Notes: a model not told the origin generated them from the sequence alone. Positions 39,921-53,350 are shown, counted from the stretch's first letter. The stretch: DNA of 64,000 bases from Eledone cirrhosa (GCA_964016885.1 OZ024740.1:51956001-52020000), one strand, 5' to 3'. Numbers and translations: made by a program.

Positions 39921-40338
39921 CAGGAGGGCGGTGGATTGGAAGTATCGGTAGAGGGTCGGAGGCCATGCTTTGCAGCATAGAGTTACGGCTCTTTATGATC
40001 TGAGCTCAAATCCCGCCGAGGTTAACTTTGCCTTTCATCCTTACGGGGTCGATAAAATAAAGTACCAGTCACGCACTGGGCTCGATTTAATCGATTTTTC
40101 CCTCCCCCCAAATTGCTGGCCTTGTGCCTACATAAGAAACCATTATATCAAGGGCTGTGAATTGGCAGTATCGGTAGAGGGTCGGACACCATGCTTTCCA
40201 GCATAGTTCCGTCCCTTTACGGTCTGAGTTCAAATCCCGCCGAGGTTAACTTTGCCTTTCATCCTTACGGGGTCGATAAAATAAAGTACCAGTAATACAC
40301 TGGAATAATTGCTGGCCTTGTGACAAAAGTAGAAACAA
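39921..40338 (+). mobile_element. Two nested or tandem tRNA-derived SINEs
   Basis: First copy flanked by attatatcaagggc (39908-39921 and 40142-40155), i.e. inserted into the head of the second. Confidence 0.88.
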
Positions 40339-40569
40339 TTATATCTCTGTCATCAGTTACTAGGTTGTAAGGTTGTTGCTATTCTTGAGTATGGGTTTAG
40401 TTTCTGTTACATGGGTGGCTTTAATCTGTCTGGGTATTGCATTAGTTCTGTTTATAGATATCATTTTAACTAAATGTTTTCTAGTGAGCCACCATGCTCT
40501 AGTTTAAATTCTAGCCAGTACGCCTACATGATTTCTCCTAATCTATGAGACGTTTATCCCATGTGTGCA

Positions 40570-40623
<54 letters not shown>

Positions 40624-40678
40624 AGGTTCTTAGTTAGAAGTTAGAAATAAGGATAAGGACTTTTTAAGTTGTCCAAAA

Positions 40679-42889
40679 ATGAGCATGGTTGGCTATTCAG
40701 ACCACAAGTTAGTGAGCTGCATGGTCAACCTTGACAGAACGCATAGACAGGGACCCGGTTACTGGAAGCTCAACTTGTCCTTACCGGCAAGTAAGGCTTA
40801 CAGGGACCGGATTAGCACTTTAGTTAAGGAGCGGTTGACGGGCGCCATCGTCAACAGCAGGTGGTGGGGATCTCTCAAAAGAGAGATTAGAGTAGACGCT
40901 ATAGAATTTAGTAAGGAGTTAGCCTCAAATAGAAATAGGAAGGAAAGGGAGCTGGTAGATAGTGTAGAAGAGGCAATTAGAAGCGGCGACGTGGCCAGAG
41001 TGCTAGCGTCGAGAACGGCCCTGGGCCAGTTCTTCGACGCGAAACACGAAGGCTGCATCGTCCGAAACGAGGGGACCAAAGCTGTTAGCTGGGCCCGCGT
41101 GACAGAAGCCAAGAGAGGGAGCAGATCCACTATCCGGTCTTTGCGAGACCAGGATGGACGGGTGATCCTTGAACCTAAGCAGATGTGCGAGGCTTTTCAA
41201 AAGCACTTTGCCGGATTGTTCGGAAGGGGCGGGGAGCCGGTTGGGGATGTGGACTTCGGTCCATACCTCGACGGCCTGCCGCGTCTCTCGGACAGGCAGG
41301 CGAAGTCCTGCGAGGAGCCGATTTCAGCCGCTGAGATAGAGGACGTGCTGAGCCAATGCGGCAAACGCAAATCCCCGGGTCTCGATGGTCTTCCATACGA
41401 ACTGTATCTAGCTATGCCGGACTTGTTCCCCGATCTCCTCGAGGCGGTCTACTGCAACTGGCAACAGAACGGGAGAATTCCCTGTGCTGTGACCAAGGGC
41501 GTAGTCACGCTAGTGAGGAAGGACGAGAATAAGGGGAACGATATAAATAATTTCAGGCCCATAACTCTGCTAAATACAGAGTTACAGATTTTGGCCAAGG
41601 TGCTAGCAAAGAGGTTGGCACTTGTCGTGGGCAACCTGGTGGGAGATGCGCAGACATGTGCTATCCCGTCCAGGTCCATCCACGACAACCTCCACCTCAT
41701 GCGATACATCATAGAGAGGGTTGGGAACGAACCTGGCTTTGGTGGGGCCCTGATCAATTTGGATCAATCTAAGGCGTTCGATAGGGTCGACCATGGTTAC
41801 CTGGATGCGGTGCTAGCGGCGGCAGGCTTCGGACCCGTTTTCAAGGGATGGATCAATGCCATGCACAGCAGCCGCATCTGCTCTAGAGTCAAGGTGAACG
41901 GCTACCTCTCGGAGCCGTTCGAAATCGCGCGGTCCATCCGAAAAGGGTGCCCTCTCTCCTCCCTTCTGTATGTGATGACTCTAGAGCCACTACTGCGGAA
42001 GTTGGAGTTGTTGCAGGGCATCCCTTTGGAACCGGTATTGCGGAAGGCGGTGTCGGCCTACGCTGACGACGTAACAGTAATGGTGTCGACGGCCTCGGAA
42101 ATCGGGGCGATCGGCACCTTACTGGAGGAGTACGAAAGGTTTACAGGGGCTAAGCTGAACCGGGACAAGTCGATCGGTCTGCAACTCGACACGTGGAGGG
42201 GCAGATCGATGCACTCCGATGGCGTCGTCGGGCGCTGGACGGAGGGCCCGGTGAAGTTGCTCGGGGTCTGGTTCGGACCAGACCTCCAGGTGGTGAAGAA
42301 CTGGGGTGAGGTAAAGAACAGGGTGTTTGCACTGACCCAGAAGTGGGCCGAGTGCAAACTGTCCCTGAAAGGTCGGGCGGAGGTGGCGAACACTTATATA
42401 GCGTCCGTCATCTACTACCGCCTGACCGTTGTGCCTTGCCCAAGGGAAACGCTCGCCAAAATAGAGCGCGCACTCTTCCAATTCCTTTGGAAGAAGCGGG
42501 CTCCTATGGTGAGGAGATCCATCTGCTGTCAACACTCTTCGAAAGGAGGGCTGGGGATGCCGTGGCTAATGATGCGTAAACACGCATTAAGGCTACGGCA
42601 CCTCCAGGTATTCCTCACCGGTCAACCGGTGTGGGCCCCGTTTGTGAGGCGAGCCTTTCCCAGACTCGTCTCACTCACCGAGCTGCAATCCTGGGTCAAG
42701 CAAAGACCGAGAAAACTGGGCGCCTGGCACACCGAGTGTGCCCAGGCGCTCACGGCTCTCTGGCAGGCGGACCCGGCTGTCAGTGGAGAATCCACCTCGT
42801 CATTCTATAGAGGGCTGGTGGTTAGCAGGTGCGACGACGCCCTCGGAGAAGCCCTAGGCATGGAGGAAGACGAACTGGCCAACTTGTAA
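40679..42889 (+). CDS. Tx1-like ORF2: end of APE endonuclease + reverse transcriptase
   Basis: 736-aa ORF: SDHK, GPGYWKLN, KSPGLDGLP.E.Y, NFRPITLLN, LDQSKAFDRVDH, GCPLS, YADD, GGLG. Confidence 0.9.
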   Translation: MSMVGYSDHKLVSCMVNLDRTHRQGPGYWKLNLSLPASKAYRDRISTLVKERLTGAIVNSRWWGSLKREIRVDAIEFSKELASNRNRKERELVDSVEEAIRSGDVARVLASRTALGQFFDAKHEGCIVRNEGTKAVSWARVTEAKRGSRSTIRSLRDQDGRVILEPKQMCEAFQKHFAGLFGRGGEPVGDVDFGPYLDGLPRLSDRQAKSCEEPISAAEIEDVLSQCGKRKSPGLDGLPYELYLAMPDLFPDLLEAVYCNWQQNGRIPCAVTKGVVTLVRKDENKGNDINNFRPITLLNTELQILAKVLAKRLALVVGNLVGDAQTCAIPSRSIHDNLHLMRYIIERVGNEPGFGGALINLDQSKAFDRVDHGYLDAVLAAAGFGPVFKGWINAMHSSRICSRVKVNGYLSEPFEIARSIRKGCPLSSLLYVMTLEPLLRKLELLQGIPLEPVLRKAVSAYADDVTVMVSTASEIGAIGTLLEEYERFTGAKLNRDKSIGLQLDTWRGRSMHSDGVVGRWTEGPVKLLGVWFGPDLQVVKNWGEVKNRVFALTQKWAECKLSLKGRAEVANTYIASVIYYRLTVVPCPRETLAKIERALFQFLWKKRAPMVRRSICCQHSSKGGLGMPWLMMRKHALRLRHLQVFLTGQPVWAPFVRRAFPRLVSLTELQSWVKQRPRKLGAWHTECAQALTALWQADPAVSGESTSSFYRGLVVSRCDDALGEALGMEEDELANL

Positions 42890-42890
42890 G

Positions 42891-43418
42891 GTGGATAACT
42901 TCCAGAGGTCCCTGGCATGGCAGTGCTACAGAAGGGCTCTGCCCGTTCGAGAAAGGCTCTACAGACACGGGCGCCCGGGTAGGGATCCTTCGAAAAAGAT
43001 CTGTCCCAGATGCGTGTGCGACGAGGAAACCGTTTCACACGCATTGGTACACTGCTCGGGCATTGCCGATCTGTGGGGATATGTCGAACAACTGCTGTCA
43101 AGGGTGGGACCGATCCGGTTGATCACCGAGTCTATTGTAACGATCAAGCCGCCTCCCCTCTTCAAAAACGAAGGAGAGGCGGTGTTTCTGTGCGTAATAG
43201 CCATGGCGAAAGAGGTTGTATGGTGGACGCGTCTGAAAGGACTGAGGTCGGGCACCTTTCTCTCTGGCCAACAACTGGTCCGTTTCTTCCGATATCATTT
43301 CGGAAGAAGGATCAGGATGGAGAGAGAGGTGCTGCACCCCAGTCGTTTTTATGAAAGGTGGGTGAAAGTGGCGAGAATGGCCCGTGTGAATGGGCCTTCA
43401 CTCTACATCAGACTATAG
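42891..43418 (+). pseudogene. Frameshifted C-terminus of the same ORF2 (zinc knuckle)
   Basis: CPRCVCDEETVSHALVHC (CCHC); begins 2 nt after the upstream stop. Confidence 0.85.
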
Positions 43419-43726
43419 GTGAGGAAGATGAAAGACCAAGGGAGCACCCCCTCTCTGTGCTCCTGAGGAGAAGGGTTGCACACTTTTTTCGGGGGTGTGT
43501 GCGACCCCCAAGGCCCCTCCTCTCTATTGAGGATTTTGTTATAAATTTTCTTTTGTTATATTTTATTTTATTTTTATATTCTGTTATTGCTTCCTCCTTA
43601 TTGAGGACGCCTTGTTATGTAAACTCCCCCATTGTACTTGTCTCACTTTTTGATGCCCTGGTGGCAAATAAAAAGAAAATCATCTATCTATCTATCTACC
43701 TACTTATCTCCCACCCCCTCTCTCTC

Positions 43727-43816
<90 letters not shown>

Positions 43817-43833
43817 TATATATATATGTCTGT

Positions 43834-43879
<46 letters not shown>

Positions 43880-45084
43880 ATGTGTGTGCGTGTGTGTGTG
43901 TGTATGTGTGTGTTATGGCATCCTTACAGAATTTATATAATAAAATACCAGTCAAGTACTGATGCCGATATGATCGTCTATTCAGTTCCCCACAAATTTC
44001 TGATCGTGTGTTTATGTTAGAAGGATCCATCTCACCTTGTATTAATGTATGTTTTTCCCCTTGGATAATCTACACGCCATCTTAAGAGCAGTCGGGAATA
44101 AGTAATCAATTAATCGTATTTAAATGTTACAAACAAACAAGATGAACCGAATATGTCTGTCCAGTTCAGCATTCGATTAAATAACCTTCCAGAATAACAC
44201 GATCAATTTGTCAGCTCATGCTTGTAAGATACAATACAGATACATCACTATGCGTCATAATAAATACATCAAATCTAGCAAATAGTTTATCTAATTTGAA
44301 AACGTCAATAAACGGTTGTAATCAAATATTAGTAGAAAATACGATTAATCTTATACAGGCTAATCTTTTTCTTACTCAAACAGACACGAAGTAGCGAACG
44401 GAAAAACGCCTGCGTACGATAACAACAAGAGTCTCGGATTGGATAGGATAGAGCGAGGAAACTTTATATACTCTACTAACATTTAAAAAAATCGAACATT
44501 AAGCTTTGTACATTAACTTTTTTTCTTTAAGACGGTAGGCCATAAATTGTGAACTAACAATAATAAAGAGAGTTTGTCTCTCTAGTTGTATGTTTTATAT
44601 ACACATAATCCCATTTTTCTTATTTTTATAGGTTTTTGCAATTGCACATACAAAAAAATAATTCCATTAACATGCAATAAGAAAGTGATAGTGGGGAGCT
44701 GAGACAATACCTAGTCTGTGTGTGTATATATTTGTGTGGGGGTGTGTTGCGTGTGCGTGTATATATTTGTATATTTATGTGTGTGTGTGTGTGTGTGTGT
44801 GACTGTGTGAGACACCATCAATATCAGAAAAGTATGTCAGGATTTATTAGTTTCGGGAAGGGGAATATTAATAGTTTGTGATCTGAGGAAATCTATGGAA
44901 ATCTAGAAGTGCTATATTAAAAACAATTTTTATATTGATCTCTTGCTTTGGTACAAGCAAAACATTTGTTACAGAAGGATAGATTTGACCTCAATATATT
45001 ACTGGTACTTATTTTATAGACACTGGAGCGATGGTGAGATGGTGTTGCTACTATGTTGCTACTATGCATAAATGCATCCTAGAC

Positions 45085-45478
45085 CGTATCTAAAGAAAGC
45101 CACACGGTTACTTAGACTGGTTCACAGATGCACTGTTTCTTCTCTTGTCTTTACTGCCACTACTACTATGGCCTGTGGTCCCCGGATCTGGCTCCGCTTG
45201 TGCCACCATCAGTCAGGTACATCCTCCGGCTCATTCGTCTCTTTTCCCAGGACTCACGTTCTGTCAAGTACTCCATGCCCTACACTAACCACTACTTCTA
45301 TTCTCTTCTGCCTAGAACCTCGACTCTCTGGAACGTCGTTCCTACTTATGTTTTTCGTGCAGTCATTGATTTTGCAACAGTTTAAGCGGAACATCAACGG
45401 TATCAACCACTCCGGCTTCGGAGGGCCCACGAAGGTCATAGAAACTGCCCCTTTCTCCAGAGATGGTAAGTAAAATAA
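45085..45478 (+). mobile_element. CR1-group LINE 3' end
   Basis: HRC.VSSL..Y.YYYG..S..LA.LVP...RTSTLWN.VP..VF motif. Confidence 0.65.
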
Positions 45479-45879
45479 GTTATGAAAAAGAAAGTCAGCC
45501 GATTTTGTTGATAGTTAAATTCAGAAAGTAAAGAGACAAATATACTACAGGGTATTCCACCACTTCTTTGATTTAATAGTTTACGGAAAAGAAATGGTTG
45601 TATGGTTTTTCTCAGGACCTTCTCCTAGATTGGCCAGATTGATTTTGTTTGTATTCATCTTGAGAAATTGCGAATTAACGATTTCAAGGAAATCAGGTAG
45701 GGGATTCCAGAGGGCAAATAATTTGTTGAGGGGTCATGCGAGGGCGACATAATATATGAGTGGTGAGAGGATGAGAAACTAATGTGTTAGCTGAGTTTCT
45801 GTGGAGGCTGTTGGAAATCTAGTAACTTTAAGGATCAGAGGTCATTTTAGTAGCGATAGAAAAAAGTAGAGTGACGACA

Positions 45880-46465
45880 CATCTTGTATTTACAATATTC
45901 CTTTCGTCAGGTCGCCAATTCCAGCAGCATGGATTATAGATGTTATTGAGACACGAGTAACATAATAATGATTTCAACAGCAGAAATTAGAGATGAAATG
46001 TATGTTTATTTTTGATGTAGTACAAACAATGTTTGTTAACTTATATGGTTGAAGTTACATATAAAAAGAGGTTACAAAAGGGAATGTGCCATTGCGCCGG
46101 AAAGCCGGATAGGCTATGGTGCAAAATCTCACCGTTACATTATGCGTGTTGCTGGTTCGAAGTTCCTGGTACAAGAGATAGATTCTTCAAATCTTCGCGG
46201 CGAATTTCTTCCTCAGGGCGCGTAGGGATACATCCTCTTCTACTGGCGCTGAGTGGTGACCGACGTAAGAATTTAACGCAGCCTTCTTTTTTATTCAGTT
46301 GAACTTTTACTGCCACGTTGCCAACCTTTTCGCAACTTGCGAAAATACAATATATTCCTTTCAAAGTTTTTTTTGAAAAATTAGCAGTATTTCAAAAACT
46401 TTTCGCCACGAGGAAATTACATGATGGCTACCGACAAGTCCTGGCTACACTCGACAACAACAACG

Positions 46466-46502
<37 letters not shown>

Positions 46503-48369
46503 TGTTTAGCCACTGACCAGCGGCAGGGAATGGTGAGATGGCAGCTTCATAGCCTTACCGACGCAAACCACCACACATCGGAAATTTCAAAACGGCTTGT
46601 AACTTTACCGACGCAACCACCATACCTTCTGTTTCGTTACCACAGGGACTCGAGAAATTGAGACAGTAGTTTTCTCACCATTATGGCGTCAGACGTGGCT
46701 GCCATGTTTGGTGACTGCTACTCTACAGAAGACTCATTGACTTTGCTTTAACAACAAGCAACACAACCTTATGTCACACAAGGTGGCAGGACGGTAAAAT
46801 GGCCACGAAAACTCTCAAAAACACCATACATCTAACCCCTAACGGCATTAACAAACTTCTTTTTCAGTTTTCAGATAGAACTAGTGTCAGAAAGTCTGTA
46901 CACTGGTGATGTGTGAACTATTTGACTTTGAAAAACTTTGAACTTATCATTGAGCAATTTCTCTGCTCCCTTGGATTGACTTTGAATTATCAGTTTGCTA
47001 CATTCACATATTTCTTTGTAGAATGCATTTACTTGTCTTGTGCTCTTTTGCTATTTGCTTGCTCATGGTTTTTGTTCATTCACATGCTTTGCTGTTTTAC
47101 ATGCCTGCATATGCACACATTTTTTTTGTCACACACCAACATGTTGTTCTTGGTATATGTTCTTCAAACGTAATATTCTGCGAGTCCCTTTTCGCCTGGT
47201 TGAGGTGCTGTCACATGCTAGCAGCTCATTGAGCTTAATCCACTGGATTCAAACAGGCACCGCAACACGAGAATACTAATTGCAGCTGAGCTCAAACAGT
47301 TTTGCATCTCGTTGCACACTGATCGTCCATGACGGCCTTCGTCTTGCTGTTTTTGCCCGACTCGCTGGGAAAACAGCAAATAGAACTGGACTTGTCACCA
47401 TTTCGGCCACTTCTGTGGATTCGCCCGAATTATGGAATTTACACTGCAACCCACCTATAGATTAAACTTGCTTTTTTTCTTTTCAAAGCAACCAGCCATT
47501 TTTTCCTGGCTCCCTAGCACATTCGGCAATACATCTGGGAGGCCAACATTTTCTCGCCTACCCATCATCTTCTTGCCAGCACTGGTAAACTACCGTAATA
47601 GCTTCGTCCACAGCTACTGGTACAGCACATACCATTAACATTAAATGCAAGAACAGCAACTTCGCCCATGTCAGACTTTATCCGTTTTTGTTAGACCTTT
47701 ACTCGTCACGTATAAACAACAAAACAGCTGGTCATTTGACACAGCGGCTCAACACGGCCCGTAGCGCCTCATTTTTTTTCTTGCATGCAGCCTTCTGCTC
47801 AATTATTTTTTAAAACTGATGTGCTCTTTCAGCATTTGTTCTTGCTGATTCAATAATCTGTATCGACTTCCTTGTGGGTCCTTGGCTTCTTCGTTTACGA
47901 TTTTCGGCTAAAAATCTGCTTGGAGGTATTGTAGTGACCTACATTCCGCGGGCTCACATACATTCTCTGTGCGTGATTTGGCTCAGTTCAGCCAATCAGC
48001 GCCAGTAGAAGAGGATGTATCCCTACGCGCCCTGAGGAAGAAATTCCCCGCGAAGATTTGAAGAATCTATCTCTTGTACCAGGAACTTCGAACCAGCAAC
48101 ACGCATAATGTAACGGTGAGATTTTGCACCCTAGCCTCGCCGGCTTTCCGGCGCAATGGCACATTCCCTTTTGTAACCTCTTTTTATATGTAACTTCAAC
48201 CATATAAGTTAACAAACATTGTTTGTGCTACATCAAAAATAAACATACATTTCATCTCTAATTTCTGCTGTTGAAATCATTATTATGTTACTCGTGTCTC
48301 AATAACATCTATAATCCATGCTGCTGGAATTGGCGACCTGACGAAAGGAATATTGTAAATACAAAGATG
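45880..48369. mobile_element. Unclassified element with ~375-bp inverted terminal repeats
   Basis: 45880-46256 is the reverse complement of 47991-48369 with few differences; same 75-aa translation on opposite strands. Confidence 0.75.
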
Positions 48370-48851
48370 GTAAATAGATCGAGGGACCTTCCCTCACGTC
48401 TATGTCGACAAGACAATCCAACGAGGATACATTACATTTTACCACACTGTGACTACTGGCCACAGCTACACTGGACACTGCCACACTAACGACCTTCATA
48501 CTTCTACGCTGTTAAAATCACATGTGAGGATTTAGTGTTATATCAAAAGAGATAGAAATTACTTTCATTTTAACGATGGCCTTGCATATCAGAAAAGGAA
48601 AAATAGGGAATATGATGATTAATATTTTCCTTAGGGCAATGTCAATGCTAAAGAAATAACATTTATTCAACAGCTGCTTAAAATCTGCCCAGGTAATTAT
48701 CTCTTCCTTCACTGCACTATATCATGATGATGATCATCATCATCATCTTCATCAGCTATCGTCCGCTTTCAACAGGTGAATACTATGTATCGCTATTTAT
48801 GTCTTTCTTCTGCTATCCTTATACATTCACTGTATTCTAAGTCTGTCCAAT

Positions 48852-49085
48852 TCTTGAGGTACCTACTTACTGAAAATGGATCATGTTACTCTGGGGTACC
48901 TACTGATTGTGGGATATGTTCTCTTGGGGTACCTACTTATTGACAGTGAGATGTGGTCTCCTGAGGTACCTAAATACTAGCAGGGAATTGGGGTCTCCTG
49001 GGATACCTACACAATGACAGTAAGCTGTGGTCTCCTGAGGTACCTACTTAAAGATGTATGTGGCCCTCTATCATACCTACTTACA
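48852..49085 (+). repeat. Degenerate ~32-38-bp minisatellite (tcctgaggtacctac core), about 7 units
   Basis: ggtaccta/atacctac recurs with 32-38-bp spacing. Confidence 0.8.
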
Positions 49086-49735
49086 TTCTACGAAGGAAAC
49101 TCCTTGCGGCTGCTCGACTCGCCAGAAATAGTAGCCAAATCTCATTCCAAATGTCACCCAATCGTCTTAAAAACAACAAAATGACATGGACAATGTTAGT
49201 TAATTATATAATCATATATATACAAAAAGCCTGGGACGCTTTTCATTTCATTTCTGCTTGATGAGGACAGACCTGGGGCTAAACAACAACATACATCCAA
49301 ATGACTCTTTAAGATAGTCTTGTTCTATATGTTACGATAGTCTCTTTACCTTCAGCAAGATAAGACCAATTCAATGCTATTGATCACTTCGTATCTATTT
49401 CTGCCAACCCTAACAATTGCATCATATGTAAACTTTGCAATTCGTGGATGAAATCGGGTGGCGTCGAGGTGATCGCTTCAACCCGTACCTGCTTGATGTT
49501 CGTAATAAAACTCAAGCACGTTATCAACCCTTAGCTAAATATACCAATTCACCAAGCCACACTGTTGACCATCTCTCGGTTCATGGAGTTATTTTACCCT
49601 GTGATTTGCCCCACATACGCAAGTATAGAGAGAAATATTATTTTTATGTAACGATTTTCTCACTCACAGGGATTAATAAACGCCTCTCAGTCTCCAAGAC
49701 GTCTTCCCTTTAACATGTTTTTAGTTTGACACTCC

Positions 49736-49803
<68 letters not shown>

Positions 49804-49805
<2 letters not shown>

Positions 49806-49998
49806 CAAAGAGGGTGTGGTAAGATACCAGGTGGACCATAACGCACCAGAGTACTCAATACTTAGGGTAGTAGAGTGGGTGATAGGAAAAGGGTCAGGAC
49901 CCCGACGGCTGAGCTCCGGCCGTTTCGACAGCTAGATCCGAACAAAGATCTAGCTGTCAAAACGGCCGGAGCTCAGCCGTCGGGGTCGTGGCTCTTTT

Positions 49999-50003
<5 letters not shown>
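49804..50003 (-). mobile_element. Fold-back pLTR-like insertion (family G; also 17491-17578 and 63021-63163)
   Basis: Arms ~49881-49938 and ~49949-50003 plus a 75-bp tail, (TA)n flanks; tail shares 'gtattgagtac' with family A. Confidence 0.65.
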
Positions 50004-50065
<62 letters not shown>

Positions 50066-51229
50066 CTCTTAAATTTCACCCCTTAGTTTTTTTCTAAATC
50101 GTCATTCCCTGCACCCAAAATCGTTAACGTTCTTATTCACCCTCTCTCCTTTATATTCTCTTTTAAATTTTACAGTTCCTTTATTTATTTTTCAAATTTG
50201 CCAGCAGTCTCATTGATTATTGGCCCTCTTTGATCACTGTTCAACAGTTGTTCACTATTTTATCACTTTCTTAATTTCACTGTTTTCTCTTTTACGCATT
50301 TGCAATACTCCCAATCTATCTATTCGCTACCATTACAACCTCTTCAAAGGGAGAGTCTTGTCCAAAATGTTAGTCGTCTTCTTCCTTATAATAAACCAAC
50401 TTACCCCAGTTTTAAACTGTTTATACTTTATTAAATGCCGTGAAAGACTACCATTAGTTTTCTTGGATCCTATAATTCACTTTATCTAAGTTTTTCTATA
50501 CAAGTAAATAGTCACATGCTGAACAAGTTGATATAAAGCTCGATTACAAGTAAAAAATCTTAACGGTTTGTATTTTCCCACTGAAACCACATTATGTACT
50601 TAATAGGCTGTAAATAAATACAATAACATACGCAGTGTAAATTTGACAGGTGTTTTGGTAGTTTTTAATTTTACGTTGAAGATCCTCCGTTAATGTGTTG
50701 AAGCTATCCAAGTGCTCAGCCTCAGGTCAGAGCTCCTCTAGCTGTCTAGTGTACGTGTAATGGACTTTGTGTGTACATTAGCCAATTCCAGACTCACCAA
50801 GAACAATATATTTTAAGCAGACATCGTGACTCGATATGATTTACGACTTTACCTAACTTACTGACAGTTGCTAAGGAACACATCATGTGTACTATATAGG
50901 CAATATCAGCATGACTTCTAAACAGAAGGTGTTATTATACACTAAGATTATATACGAATTAATCTAAATTGGCAGTCACTATAATTTTCCTGAATATCAG
51001 GAAAAAGAACCCACAGAAAAATCTAATTAATAATAGGTTAGAAAGCAAGTAGTCGGTGATTAAAACACTGGAAACACAAAGAAAGTAATTCTTTTTTGAT
51101 ATATATTTTTAAACGATTATGAATCTTTGGATATATTATAAAGGTACTGATTATATAACTCATTCATTAGAAATACAATCTGGCACTCTCTCTTTCTCTT
51201 ACGTGTCTTGAAGTATCCTGGAATGGATC

Positions 51230-51570
51230 TCCGTTGGTTTCGACGAGGAGTGTCCCAGTTATTCGATCAGAGGAACAGCTTGCTCATAAAATTAACATGT
51301 AAGTGGCTGAACATTCCACAGACACGTGTACTCTTAACGTAATTATAAGGGAGATCCAGTGTAATGCAGTGTGTGACAAGGCCGGACCTTTAAATTACAG
51401 GTACAATCAATCTGATGGGCTTTTAAGCAATTTCCTTTTATCCAATTTCACTCACAAAGCTTGGATCGATCTGAAGTTTTAAGAAATAACATTTGCTCAA
51501 AATGCCACGAAATGAGATCGAACCTGAGACCTAATAATTGCAAAGCGAACATCTTAACCATTCGGCCATG
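51230..51570. mobile_element. Two degenerate SINE fragments
   Basis: 51480-51570 resembles 805-911 (minus-strand tRNA head); 51230-51410 looks like a SINE body from recall only. Confidence 0.45.
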
Positions 51571-51656
51571 CTGTGTCCACTGAAGCATACATCGATGCAC
51601 ACACATACATACAACGTGTGTATGCATGTATATATATATATATATATATATATATT

Positions 51657-52443
51657 AGCTTTGCGAGGTTTTTGATATGAAATCGTGTGTCGAAACAAAT
51701 ATTGTTATACTTGGGGAGGGTCATATTTGTGTAATATTGCCAGAATTAATAACAGAACACACTCACTGTTTGGTTGGTTTTCCCTTTTCGCTTCTGTGTC
51801 TTTTATATCGGTAATCTAATTTATTCGGTCCTCAATGTTGCCATTGACTGACCAACGGTCAAAAATAATACAGATACAATATAGACACAAACACATATAT
51901 ATAGTTTATCAAAGTTCTTTCGTTGCACATCTGCAGCATCGTCAGTCGTGCTATTGTTTCCTCCCGTTGGATTGTATTTTCTACGCCATCTTTATTTAGT
52001 CTGTTTATATATTTATTTATTTGTTTATTTTATTTTGTCTTCTTTGCGCATGCGTTTGCGTGTGTGTATAGTGTTTTGTTTGATGTATGTTCGTGATTGG
52101 GTGACTGTGTATTGGTTAATGTATTCTATCTTTACTAGTGTGTGTTTATATGTGTTTGTTGTTATTGTGCTTGTGTATGTATTTATTTATTTATTTATCT
52201 ATTTATTTATTTATACTTCTCTTAGGTCAGTGTTGTTTGTTTGGGTGTTGTTGTTATTCCATTCATTCTTTCTGTTTAGCCTTGGCCTTCTAAGTTCTAT
52301 TTCACTGGCCTCTCTGATTTGCCTACCTGCTGGGTCATTTCTATGTTTAGATATTATTCTAATTTCTATGTTGTCTATGTTACCATCGTGTTGTTGTCTG
52401 GCATATTAGTATAGTACTGAACCGTTTTTTCGTCCTTTTAGTT
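51657..52443 (-). mobile_element. Penelope-like 3' end with family C pLTR (HHR motif at 51907-51950)
   Basis: Manual translation QHDGNIDNIEIRIISKHRNDPAGRQIREASEIELRRPRLNRKNEW is a PLE GIY-YIG C-terminus; minus strand CTGACGA t gctgca-gatg-tgcaac GAAA gaac TT. Confidence 0.78.
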
Positions 52444-53350
52444 CCCCAGCCCAGGCGTCGCTTGCAGACGACAGAAGAGACTAGCTGCTGGTTGGTGCGG
52501 TTCCTGACTTCCTGGTTTGTTACATGGTCACTCCATTTAATCCCCAGGATCTTTCGCAGACACCTGGAATCGAATGCGTCCAACTTCTTCTCTTGGCTGG
52601 TCTTAAGGTGCCATGTTTCACTTTCGTACAAGAGTGTGGACAGCACGTTGCTGTTGTAGAATCTCATCTTTGTTTTGAGGGTGAACTTCCTGCTCTTCCA
52701 GATCTTGACAAGCTGGTTAAATGCTGCTGAAGCCTTTCCCATTCTACATTGCAATTCACTGTCCATGGCGCCCCCATTGTCAATGGAGCTTCCTAGGTAG
52801 GTGAAGTTGTCCACTATCTCCACCTCCCCCTGTTCAATGAAAACACTAGTTGGTGATGGGTGTGTCCCAGATAACATGCTTTTGGTCTTCTTAGCACTGA
52901 TATTGAGACCTAAGCTTCCTGCTTCGACACTGATATTGTTCATAATGATTTGCAGGTCAGCTGTGCTCTCTGCAAGTGCAACAATATCGTCCGCAAAGTC
53001 CAGGTCAGACAACTTTTGCTCTCCCACCCAAGATATACCTTGGTCTTTAGACGCTCTTCTTAGTACCCAGTCAATGGCTATGGCAAAGAGAATTGGAGAG
53101 AGCGAGCAACCCTGACGCACACCAGTAACCACCTCAAACCAGTCACTGTAACCATCTTCTGTCCGTATGCAGCACTTGGAGTTTGCGTAAATCTGTTTGA
53201 TTGCCGAAATGACTTTCTGGGGCAGACCATACTCATGCATGATGATCCAGAGTGACGGTCGATGAATGCTATCGAATGCTTTGGAGAAATCGATGAAGCT
53301 GACGGCGAGGAGCCTCTGGAATTCGTTGTACCTGTCAATGATGCGGCGTA
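52444..53350 (-). pseudogene. RTE-clade reverse transcriptase fragment
   Basis: FIDFSKAFDS, GVRQGCSLSP, LDFADD, FTYLGS, LLYESETW; truncated at both ends. Confidence 0.9.

Larger units (their letters stand above)
40622..43680 (+). mobile_element. Tx1/L1-clade non-LTR retrotransposon, 5'-truncated, flanked by (CTAT)n
   Basis: GC-rich block bounded by (CTAT)n at 40571-40621 and 43682-43698; 3' UTR ends aaataaaaagaaaat. Confidence 0.9.

Noticed and set aside
48335-48400. CTGACGA in the long inverted repeat as an HHR core
   Set aside because: No properly placed stem II, GAAA and stem III
48852-49085. Repeat-spacer-like pattern resembling a CRISPR array
   Set aside because: The 'spacers' resemble one another, the repeats are degenerate, there are no cas genes and the context is eukaryotic; it is an old minisatellite
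49905-49975. Hammerhead in family G (GAAAcggccg palindrome)
   Set aside because: The CUGANGA half is missing at the pivot and the UH site reads GA; not callable
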